Positions 16,227-24,478 of a stretch of 64,000 bases of DNA are shown piece by piece. The first letter of the stretch is position 1. The number at the start of each line of letters is the position of its first letter. The stretch lies in sequence record OP380604.1; one strand, written 5' to 3'. Both the position numbers and the translations under genes were made by a program. The notes beneath the pieces were generated by a model. It did not search any database. It worked only from the letters and a program-made list of their open reading frames with translations, and was not told the origin of the DNA.

Positions 16227-18533
16227 ATGCCATTTATTGTAATGGGAGGTGGTTCTGGCGGATCTGGCGGATCATTGGTAATCCCAAATGATTTGCGATT
16301 CGCTTCGGTTGCTGAACGAGATACATTTTTCACTAATAACGCAAGTCGTTTAGTTGATGATGTTATTGTTCTGGTAACAACAGGACCGGGACAATATCAA
16401 TTGTTCCAATATAAGAAAAATGAAACTGCTTGGAAAGAAATTACTGCCGCTATTGTTGGTGCTAAAGGCGATAAGGGTAAAGACGCATTAAACGTCAAAG
16501 CACAGTATTCGGTTGACGGAACAACTTGGGTGGATGCTGCCACTAATACTACCAAGTATATTAGAACGTCGATTGACGACGGCACAACTTGGACTCCTGC
16601 ATTCAAGATTGTTTCCGATGAAGTAGTGTATCAGTATTCTCCGAACGGAACAGATCAATGGGCAGATAGTTTTGATGTTGCACAGCACAAATATGCCAGA
16701 CTGTCGATTGATGAAGGTAAGACTTGGAACGCTTCATTCAAAATTTCTGCCGATGAAATTGTATATCAATACGGAGAATCTGAAATTGGTCCTTGGAGTC
16801 TTGAGTTCAATAAAGACTTGCGTCCTTGGGGTCGTATTAGTATCGATAGCGGAAAGAATTTCAGCGCTCCTTTTAGATTCGTTGCACAAGACGGATTAAG
16901 CTTTATCGCTCAATATTCGGCGTCTGAGTTGGGTCCTTGGACTTCATTCTTCGTTGACGGTGTTCATGAATATGTTCGTTTCAGTAATGATAATCAGAAT
17001 ACTTGGACACCAGCTCAACGATTCAAAGCGGTTCCGTTTGGTGTAAACCAAGACGATAGAAATATTATTGACTTGGGTGGACACAAGATTATTTCTAATA
17101 ACGAGAATATCGCGTTTAGAAATATTTTTACAGGTGATAACTTCTATCCGGTGTGGCAGGGTATCTCAAACGACGGCTCAGCCATTTATCGTGCCGCTGA
17201 GGTAATGTTTTCGGAGCGAGTAAACAGACAACCGTTTAACGGTGATAAGGGAGCAACGTCTGTTCCGTATAATTTCACACGCGCATATCCAACACGCATG
17301 GCAATTCTCCGAATGGCATTTGTTCCGACGGAAGACTTTGTTGGGGATATTAAGTTCCAGTTGTGGTCTCAGGGTGGACTTGTTCTGATTTATTCACAGA
17401 CAATGAAAAACGCGGAACTCGTAAACGGAAGAGAATTTGTTATTAGCTATCAGGGTAATTTGTTTGTTCAACCCGGAAACATCCTTAACGTTCGAGTCGT
17501 GAAAGCAGACGGTACTCCTGTTCAAGCGTTAGCTGGTTCTACTGTTGCAACTGAGCCATGGCGAGTCGTTGATTATATGCCTATGGAACCAGTTCGTCTT
17601 ATCAACGAGAAAGACGGCAAAGATGTTGCGCGTATGCTTGAGACTTTACAGGGTGCCGAGCGTCTGAGTATTAACTCGTTGAAAGACGTTGATCAAATTA
17701 AAGTTGGATCACTGAGAGGTGATATTGACTTTAACCGAGATCTATCCCAATTTGTTCCGTCTACTAAAAACGATTACTGGAAATCGACTCGCGAAATCAA
17801 TTACGGTGGATTAGCATTCAAAATTGGCGACAAGCTGATTGCGATGCGAAATATTGCCGCAAACGAAACGATTACGACTTTGGTAGATCCAAATACTTTC
17901 TATTTGGAAAGAAACTTGGCGAACGTAGCGAAACCAGCTGAGTTGGGTCTAGTGATGCCTGGAAGAAACACACTCGTTAGCGCAACCGGTGAGCTTTATG
18001 TTCGTCCGGCTACCGCTGAAAACGACGGTGCTGTTAAACTTGGTGTTCCTGGCGGCGCGGCTAAGTTGGGAGAAGACGGTAAAGTTAGCGTGGAACAGCT
18101 TCCACCGATTGATACACTACGCCGTGTTAGTGTGAATGACGAAGCAGCGCGTCTAGCTCTTCCTGTTGCCAATCGCTTTACAATCGCTATCCAGATTGAT
18201 ACACAGGATCAGTGGTATCTTGATGCATTCTTGTTACCTAGTATCAAAGCAAACTGGGTATATGGTGGATCTGTTGCTGCTAACGTTTCGTCGTTCAATA
18301 ACAGAAACGGTAACGTTCTTCCGCAAGCCGGCGACTATACTGCCGATATGGTAGGAGCTCTAGCTAAACCAGCAACGAATGACGGCAAGCGTCGCGTTGT
18401 TGTCGGTGATAAACTCGTTGAAGAAGCAATTAAGCAGGATGAAATTCTGGATACAGCAACAAATATCACGTATGTGTTAAAAATTGAAGCTGGTGTTCCA
18501 TATCTCGATCCAACAAATAGCGAAGATGTTTAA
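16227..18533 (+). CDS. Putative fibre/appendage protein with collagen-like triplets and Asp-box repeats
   Basis: GAKGDKGKD; four SxDxGxTW-like repeats; C-terminal VNDEAARLAL...VSSFNNRNGNV motif typical of phage fibres. Confidence 0.65.
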   Translation: MPFIVMGGGSGGSGGSLVIPNDLRFASVAERDTFFTNNASRLVDDVIVLVTTGPGQYQLFQYKKNETAWKEITAAIVGAKGDKGKDALNVKAQYSVDGTTWVDAATNTTKYIRTSIDDGTTWTPAFKIVSDEVVYQYSPNGTDQWADSFDVAQHKYARLSIDEGKTWNASFKISADEIVYQYGESEIGPWSLEFNKDLRPWGRISIDSGKNFSAPFRFVAQDGLSFIAQYSASELGPWTSFFVDGVHEYVRFSNDNQNTWTPAQRFKAVPFGVNQDDRNIIDLGGHKIISNNENIAFRNIFTGDNFYPVWQGISNDGSAIYRAAEVMFSERVNRQPFNGDKGATSVPYNFTRAYPTRMAILRMAFVPTEDFVGDIKFQLWSQGGLVLIYSQTMKNAELVNGREFVISYQGNLFVQPGNILNVRVVKADGTPVQALAGSTVATEPWRVVDYMPMEPVRLINEKDGKDVARMLETLQGAERLSINSLKDVDQIKVGSLRGDIDFNRDLSQFVPSTKNDYWKSTREINYGGLAFKIGDKLIAMRNIAANETITTLVDPNTFYLERNLANVAKPAELGLVMPGRNTLVSATGELYVRPATAENDGAVKLGVPGGAAKLGEDGKVSVEQLPPIDTLRRVSVNDEAARLALPVANRFTIAIQIDTQDQWYLDAFLLPSIKANWVYGGSVAANVSSFNNRNGNVLPQAGDYTADMVGALAKPATNDGKRRVVVGDKLVEEAIKQDEILDTATNITYVLKIEAGVPYLDPTNSEDV

Positions 18534-18540
18534 TAAATAT

Positions 18541-18569
18541 AGCCACCTTCGGGTGGCTTTTTATAAATA
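18541..18569 (+). promoter_or_regulatory. Terminator plus T4 consensus late promoter
   Basis: AGCCACC-TTCG-GGTGGCTTTT, then TATAAATA at 18562-18569. Confidence 0.8.
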
Positions 18570-18593
18570 AATCAGAATTACCAAGGAGTTCAT

Positions 18594-20471
18594 ATGTCAA
18601 GAATAAATCTGGTAACCCACCCAGAAAAAACTACTGAACCCAAAGTGTGGGTTGACGGTAAGTGGGATAATGTATCGAATACAAAAATCGTTCAAGCGCA
18701 AGCTAACGGAAAAATAAATAAGGATTTATTGCCGGAGGATGTCGGAGGAGTTGTCGCTCCTAGATGGGATCCGGCAGTTATGTATCAAGAAGGGGATTTG
18801 GTTTACCACAACCACAAAGTTTATCGATCTTTTGGACAAAATCAGGGGGGATTTCTCGAAGTAATAGATGACCCAAACACACCAGAAGACGTTAAAGCTA
18901 GAGTTGGGTTCACTCTGGTTTCAGACGATGGAACATCATACGCAACTACGTGGACACAATGGCAACAGTCCGGTAAATTCTTTAAAGAAGGTCAGCTATT
19001 CGAACACTTCGGTGCTTTATATCGAGCAAAACAGGCTGGAATAAATCAAGAAATATCCAATCCTCTGTATTTTGATAAGATATCTGGATATGTTCCTCCT
19101 AGAACATGGAATTCAAACTTTTCGTTTGCACAGGGAGAACTAGCACAATATCAGGGAACGATGGTACAGGCAAACGGAACAATAAACGGAGGAACACAAT
19201 TTAGATGGGGAACATCAGGAACATCTTTTAGGCCACTGTTGAGTTCGAATAACTATCCCTTGCGATGGATTGGCGTTGCAGATTCAACAACAAGTTATTC
19301 CGTTGGCGATGTTGTTGCTCAATCTAACGTCTCGTATATTCTTTATGTGTGTACTTCTCCTGGAACATTCTCATTAGTAAACGGACTTCCTGACTCGGAG
19401 AAATGGGCACCTCTAATTGAGAGTAAGCCTGTCATTGTCCAAGCGAAAGCTCCTCCGGTTCAAGTAATAAACGCCCGCAACTGGGATTTTAATGTAGCGT
19501 ATTCTATTAACGACATTGTGACGTATAACGGAGTTGTTGTTCGTTGTAAAAATCCAGTTGGTCAGAGCGTGCAATTTTCTTATTCTAACTTCGAAGAAGT
19601 TGGTGCCAATGCATTCGTAAAGGCTAAAAACTGGGAAGCAAATAGACCATACGATTTAGGAACAATTTGTTTCCAAAACGGCGAAATGTATATGGCAAAT
19701 AGCAACTTGGCAGCAACCGGTTCATTTAACGTTGGATTTACCGGAGCGACTTGGAAAAGAATAAGTCCCGATCCTGCTCCAATTATTCCAGACTGGACAA
19801 GCACAGTTTTTTATTTCGCAGGATCCACGGTCCGTTATAACGGAGAAACATACCTTGCTAGATCAAATATTTCCTCAGGAACTGCTTGGAACTTTGCAAA
19901 CTGGCAGCGGATTTCGGACACACGAGTATTCGGAGATATGAAACAAGGTTTTATGACTTCGAATCACGACGGCTGGTATTTGTGTAACGGTGCTGCTATT
20001 ACTACTCTACCGACAAACGCTAGAGCGAGAGCCAGTTCGTTAGGATTCACAAGTACATTGCCGGATATGCGGGATCGTGTTCCTGTTGGTGTGGGATCTA
20101 CTCACGCGCTAAGAGTTGCATATGGAAGCAACTTCATTGCACAGAACAACTTGCCTAATGTCACGGTATCTTTCAGCGGAAGCGGTAGCGGCACAACTGG
20201 AGGCGCATCGAGTACAGCGCAAGTTCTAGGCCTTTCTAATAACCCTATTGTTTATTTTACGGATAACGGTGGTAGTTGGAGTGGAACAGGATATCGTGTT
20301 CCTAACTTCTCTAGCTATGCTAACTTCTACAGTTACAGCACAAGTCACACTCATAGCTTTAGTGTGAGTGTTAGCGGATCAACTAGCTCTATTAACGGTG
20401 GCGTTAGTCAACAACGTTTCGAACAACCTGGACTGGGTGTTAACTTCTTCATCTATCTAGGTCTTGATTAA
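18594..20471 (+). CDS. Fibre/adhesin with about 7 CBM5/12-like repeats and a C-terminal tail-collar domain
   Basis: Repeats such as WDFNVAYSINDIVTYNG and WTSTVFYFAGSTVRYNGETY; collar motif GDMKQG...GWYLCNG...LPDMRDRVPVG. Confidence 0.7.
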   Translation: MSRINLVTHPEKTTEPKVWVDGKWDNVSNTKIVQAQANGKINKDLLPEDVGGVVAPRWDPAVMYQEGDLVYHNHKVYRSFGQNQGGFLEVIDDPNTPEDVKARVGFTLVSDDGTSYATTWTQWQQSGKFFKEGQLFEHFGALYRAKQAGINQEISNPLYFDKISGYVPPRTWNSNFSFAQGELAQYQGTMVQANGTINGGTQFRWGTSGTSFRPLLSSNNYPLRWIGVADSTTSYSVGDVVAQSNVSYILYVCTSPGTFSLVNGLPDSEKWAPLIESKPVIVQAKAPPVQVINARNWDFNVAYSINDIVTYNGVVVRCKNPVGQSVQFSYSNFEEVGANAFVKAKNWEANRPYDLGTICFQNGEMYMANSNLAATGSFNVGFTGATWKRISPDPAPIIPDWTSTVFYFAGSTVRYNGETYLARSNISSGTAWNFANWQRISDTRVFGDMKQGFMTSNHDGWYLCNGAAITTLPTNARARASSLGFTSTLPDMRDRVPVGVGSTHALRVAYGSNFIAQNNLPNVTVSFSGSGSGTTGGASSTAQVLGLSNNPIVYFTDNGGSWSGTGYRVPNFSSYANFYSYSTSHTHSFSVSVSGSTSSINGGVSQQRFEQPGLGVNFFIYLGLD

Positions 20472-20475
20472 AATA

Positions 20476-20512
20476 AGGCACCTTCGGGTGCCTTTCTTAT
20501 ATCTTATAAATA
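20476..20512 (+). promoter_or_regulatory. Terminator plus T4 consensus late promoter
   Basis: AGGCACC-TTCG-GGTGCCT, then TATAAATA at 20505-20512. Confidence 0.8.
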
Positions 20513-20536
20513 AAGAAAACACTAAGGAGAATTATA

Positions 20537-22597
20537 ATGTCAAGAATAAATCTTGTCACATATCCTGTAAAAGATAATAATCCAAAAGTATGGCACGACG
20601 GTCAGTGGAAAAACGCTAAAGACGTTGATGTTGTTCTTTTGAATGGCGGCGAATTAGATCCAACTATTCTTCCTAGAGAAGCAAGAGTTGCAAACGCTCC
20701 TACTCATAGTCCAGACTTATCTTGGCACTCAGGAGATGTTGTTTATAGAAATGATAAACTGTATCGTGCAAATAGCGATATTCCGGAGGGAGTTGCGTTT
20801 AAAGAAGGCGACTTAGCACAACAGTGGAAACCAGTTTCAATCACAGATCAGATTCCAAATGTTCCAGAATTCAATGTATATAATCCGGGATTAGATAAGC
20901 AAATCAAAGCGGGAGAGCTATTCTTTGATAACGGTATTCTGTATCGCGCAAAGTTGAACTCTATTGGAGTCCAAGTAAATTCACCAAACTATTTTGATAA
21001 ACTGGGTGGATTTGTAATGCCTCCTGCTTTTACTACAAGCAAAACTCATTTATCCGGTGAGATTGTGAAACTGCATGGGTATTATGTCGCTGCAAATAGC
21101 GATATTCCAGCTGGAACTTCATTTGCATGGGGTTTGCCAACTCAACTCAATACATGGAGACCGGTAATTTATAACGGATTCTTACAATATAACTGGAGAG
21201 GCGTTGTTTCTTCGACATCCACATACGCTTATGGAGATGTTGTGTCCGTCACCGATAGATCTATTGCTCTTTATGTTTGTATTGCTGTGAGTGCAAACGG
21301 ATTTTCCGTAGAAACAACACCGGATTCGTCTTGGACTCTTTTGGTAAATGATACTCCTCTTATTCTGAGTCAGTATTCCAAGAAAACGGACGATGTGGTT
21401 GTAAACGATTGGGCCGTATCTCATTTGTACGCTAAAGGAACAATTGTTAAGTATACCGATGGAAAATATTATTCAGCAAACGCAGTTATACCTCCAAATA
21501 CACCATGGGCTCCTGGATTGTGGACAGAAATAGTTGATACGTCTGGATTCGCAACAAAAACGGAAGTTGAATTGATTTCAGATCAAATGAGTCTAAAACA
21601 GAATATTATTAACGGTGCTGCATCCACTATTACACTCGGCAACTTGGCAACAAACTCTGTTGTAATTACGGACGCTAACGGAAAAATAGCAGCGAATAGT
21701 AACGTGAGTGCAACAGAAGTAAGTTATTTGGACGGAGTTACATCTAATATTCAAACTCAGTTGAACGGAAAACAAAACACTATTAACGGCGCGGCTTCAA
21801 CAATAACCACTGCTAACTTGGCAACAAACTCAGTTGTTATAACTGATGGCAACGGAAAAATTGCGGTGAATAGTAATATTAGCGGAACGGAAGTAAGTTA
21901 TCTGGACGGAGTTACATCTAATATTCAAACTCAGTTGAATAATAAGATGGACAAAACTCACGTTACAATTGGATATGATCTAGTTCAGTCTGCACAACCA
22001 AGAGCGGTGTTTAGGGATAAATTCCTAACTTCCGGTCCATCAAACACAACAGTTTCGTGGCAAAACGTTCCTTGGATTTATGCAAACATAGATCAAGCAG
22101 AAAGAAGTCTACCATACTGGATCCAACAACTTGCTACTTTCTTTAAGAACTTCGAAAACGATAATCAGTTTGATCAGTTGATTGGTGGAATACCAGCTAA
22201 CTTTAGTATTCCTTTTGGATCATGGGGTGTTGCTCCTAGTGGTTCGACCGATATGGACAACGCGATTTTGTCGGCTTCTGGTAACTACGGGGCTGAGGTA
22301 TTTGAGTTTATTGTTGGAAGAAGTCCGTCTGGGAACGAGATATACACGTTCCAATTTACATTTGCGTTACAGACATCTGGACCAAGTGACGCGAGCGGTG
22401 CTATGTATCCGTTCAGAATGATATATCAGACAGGGAGAAACCAATCAACACACAACTGGTCCGGAACCGTAGTCGGTGCTATCGCATCGTCTGTTCCTCG
22501 TTGCACTGCAAGACCTTCCAGCTTTACGACTGGCACATATAACGCATCTTCTTTCCCGTTGATGTATGAGCCAATCACACTAGAGATTAGTAAGTAA
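20537..22597 (+). CDS. Second fibre/adhesin paralog with CBM-like repeats and a variable tip
   Basis: N-terminus MSRINLVT.P...PKVW.DG.W.N shared with 18594-20471; EVSYLDGVTSNIQTQLN fibre repeats. Confidence 0.7.
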   Translation: MSRINLVTYPVKDNNPKVWHDGQWKNAKDVDVVLLNGGELDPTILPREARVANAPTHSPDLSWHSGDVVYRNDKLYRANSDIPEGVAFKEGDLAQQWKPVSITDQIPNVPEFNVYNPGLDKQIKAGELFFDNGILYRAKLNSIGVQVNSPNYFDKLGGFVMPPAFTTSKTHLSGEIVKLHGYYVAANSDIPAGTSFAWGLPTQLNTWRPVIYNGFLQYNWRGVVSSTSTYAYGDVVSVTDRSIALYVCIAVSANGFSVETTPDSSWTLLVNDTPLILSQYSKKTDDVVVNDWAVSHLYAKGTIVKYTDGKYYSANAVIPPNTPWAPGLWTEIVDTSGFATKTEVELISDQMSLKQNIINGAASTITLGNLATNSVVITDANGKIAANSNVSATEVSYLDGVTSNIQTQLNGKQNTINGAASTITTANLATNSVVITDGNGKIAVNSNISGTEVSYLDGVTSNIQTQLNNKMDKTHVTIGYDLVQSAQPRAVFRDKFLTSGPSNTTVSWQNVPWIYANIDQAERSLPYWIQQLATFFKNFENDNQFDQLIGGIPANFSIPFGSWGVAPSGSTDMDNAILSASGNYGAEVFEFIVGRSPSGNEIYTFQFTFALQTSGPSDASGAMYPFRMIYQTGRNQSTHNWSGTVVGAIASSVPRCTARPSSFTTGTYNASSFPLMYEPITLEISK
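21597..21944 (+). repeat. 174-bp (58-aa) tandem duplication within the fibre gene
   Basis: GAAGTAAGTTAT.TGGACGGAGTTACATCTAATATTCAAACTCAGTTGAA starts at 21716 and at 21890. Confidence 0.85.
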
Positions 22598-22598
22598 T

Positions 22599-22622
22599 AA
22601 AGCCACCTTCGGGTGGCTTTTG
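22599..22622 (+). terminator. Terminator (CUUCGG)
   Basis: AAAGCCACC-TTCG-GGTGGCTTTT. Confidence 0.85.
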
Positions 22623-22679
22623 TTTACTATTCAAATAAAGTGTGCCATAATTAGGTTATGAAAAACTAAAAGAGGTATC

Positions 22680-23243
22680 ATGAGAGTAATAATGCTATTA
22701 GGTATTCCTGGCGCAGGAAAAACTACCTATATGTATTCGCTTGTAGATAAATTCAATCCGGATGCAAGAAATAAAATAGATTGTCCTTCTCCAAAAGGAG
22801 CAACGGTTAGTTATACCAAGTTCAACGATAAGATTTGTGCCATAGGAGCATATGATCGAAATAAGAAATGTAGGAGTTCAAATCATACATATCATTGTTT
22901 CGAAACAACTCCTGCCGTGCAATTTTATAGTGCATTGCAATATTCTTTAGAACAACTCGAATCTATGGGATATGAGTATGTTATTTTGGACGGCCATAAG
23001 CCTGTCATAGAGTATAAGCGACTTAAATACGATTTTGTGTTGGTAGAGTTTCCTATCGATGAAGCATTAGCAAGACAGAGATATGAGAATCGGTGCGGAA
23101 AAGATTACGACGCTATGGGAACAAAGTATCAGGAAAAGATCAAGGAAGTTCTTTCTCTTGACAAAGAGCGGTGGACGAAAGAAGAGTTGGAACAATACAT
23201 CGAACAAACTGGATACATCAAAGCTAAGACGCTTGACATTTGA
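22680..23243 (+). CDS. P-loop nucleotide/DNA kinase-like protein
   Basis: LLGIPGAGKTT Walker A at the N-terminus, VILDG Walker B-like, LARQRYENR lid-like motif. Confidence 0.6.
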   Translation: MRVIMLLGIPGAGKTTYMYSLVDKFNPDARNKIDCPSPKGATVSYTKFNDKICAIGAYDRNKKCRSSNHTYHCFETTPAVQFYSALQYSLEQLESMGYEYVILDGHKPVIEYKRLKYDFVLVEFPIDEALARQRYENRCGKDYDAMGTKYQEKIKEVLSLDKERWTKEELEQYIEQTGYIKAKTLDI

Positions 23244-23286
23244 GCCACCTCCGGGTGGCTTTTTCATATGGTAGTGGCTTGTCCAC

Positions 23287-23380
23287 TGCGAAGCTAACTC
23301 ATTGATTACCTTAAGGAAGACAAAATAGATTCTCATTAAAGATCTATAAGAGATTTTGTTTTGTCTCGCTACGCTCGAAG
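23287..23380. repeat. Dispersed nested-palindrome element, copy B (arms degenerate)
   Basis: GCTAACTCATTGATTACCTTAAGGAAGACAAAATAGATTCTCATTAAAG...ATAAGAGATTTTGTTTTGTCTCGCTACGCTCG. Near-identical to the reverse complement of copy C and similar to copy A. Confidence 0.85.
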
Positions 23381-23449
23381 TGCTGCGCACATGTTGACTA
23401 CTCACTGAACTTGATGTATCATGGCTATACTTATTCACGAGGAAATAAT

Positions 23450-24478
23450 ATGAAACTTATCATTGAAGGCGATAAGCATGTTGGAACTCAAAAAGATAGT
23501 TCATACATGCAAAACGCTATCTATCTGGGTTCCAAATTTCTGTGCGATTATGCCAAGAAACACGGTATCAAAACGCTGATTCAAACTGGCGACTGGTTTG
23601 ACGTTCGTGCTGGTCTCTCACAAGAGACGATGAAGTTCCAACGCGAAGTGCTTAGTCCGATGTATCAGGATGCGTTTACAGACGAGTATATCATTATCGG
23701 CAACCACGATATGCATCTTAAAGACAAGATCATGCCGAACAGTGTTACCGAAATGTTTCATGACGTACCTGGTATCCATATCATCGACAAGCCGACCACC
23801 GTTGCGTTTGGTGATACTCTCTGGGATCTGTATCCGTGGAAGTGTGCCGAAAACAAAGAAGCAATCGAGAAATACGCCGCCGAGACGGATTCCGAATACT
23901 GCGTTGGACACTGGGAGCTTGACGGATTCGAGTTCTACAAGGGCATTCCGTCTACTGGCGAGGCGATTGACTTCTTGAGCAACTACAAGCAAGTTATCAG
24001 TGGCCACTATCACACATCAAGCCGTAAGGGCAATGTATTGTATACCGGTACGCCGTATACCCTGACTATGGGCGATTGCAACGAGATTCGCGGATTCTGG
24101 GTATTCGATACTGATACTAAAGAACTGGAATTCGTCGCTAACCCAGATATCTGGCATCTGCGAATCGATTACAAGAAAGATTTTGATCCAAAAGTCATTG
24201 ACAAATGCAAGGACAAGATCGTAGAATTGGTAATCTATGAGTTCGATGACAAACTTGATGCCGTCATGGCGCAATTCGAAAACGTGTGCTATGAGTTCCG
24301 TCATAAACAGGTGTATAGCTTCTCTTCCGATGTTGAAGATATTACCGAAACGAAAAAAGTTATCGAGCAAATGAAAGACTATGTTACTGGACTGGCACTT
24401 GACGACGACGATAAAAAGTCCGTTGGTGGCTATGTTCAGGAGCTTTATGCAGTTGCAAACTCCGGTAAGGGAGCATAA
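23450..24478 (+). CDS. 47: Recombination nuclease gp47 (Mre11/SbcD-like)
   Basis: GDKH, TGDWFD, IGNHD and SGHYH metallophosphoesterase motifs; start at 23450 after GAGGA; promoter TTGACT-17-TATCAT. Confidence 0.95.
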   Translation: MKLIIEGDKHVGTQKDSSYMQNAIYLGSKFLCDYAKKHGIKTLIQTGDWFDVRAGLSQETMKFQREVLSPMYQDAFTDEYIIIGNHDMHLKDKIMPNSVTEMFHDVPGIHIIDKPTTVAFGDTLWDLYPWKCAENKEAIEKYAAETDSEYCVGHWELDGFEFYKGIPSTGEAIDFLSNYKQVISGHYHTSSRKGNVLYTGTPYTLTMGDCNEIRGFWVFDTDTKELEFVANPDIWHLRIDYKKDFDPKVIDKCKDKIVELVIYEFDDKLDAVMAQFENVCYEFRHKQVYSFSSDVEDITETKKVIEQMKDYVTGLALDDDDKKSVGGYVQELYAVANSGKGA

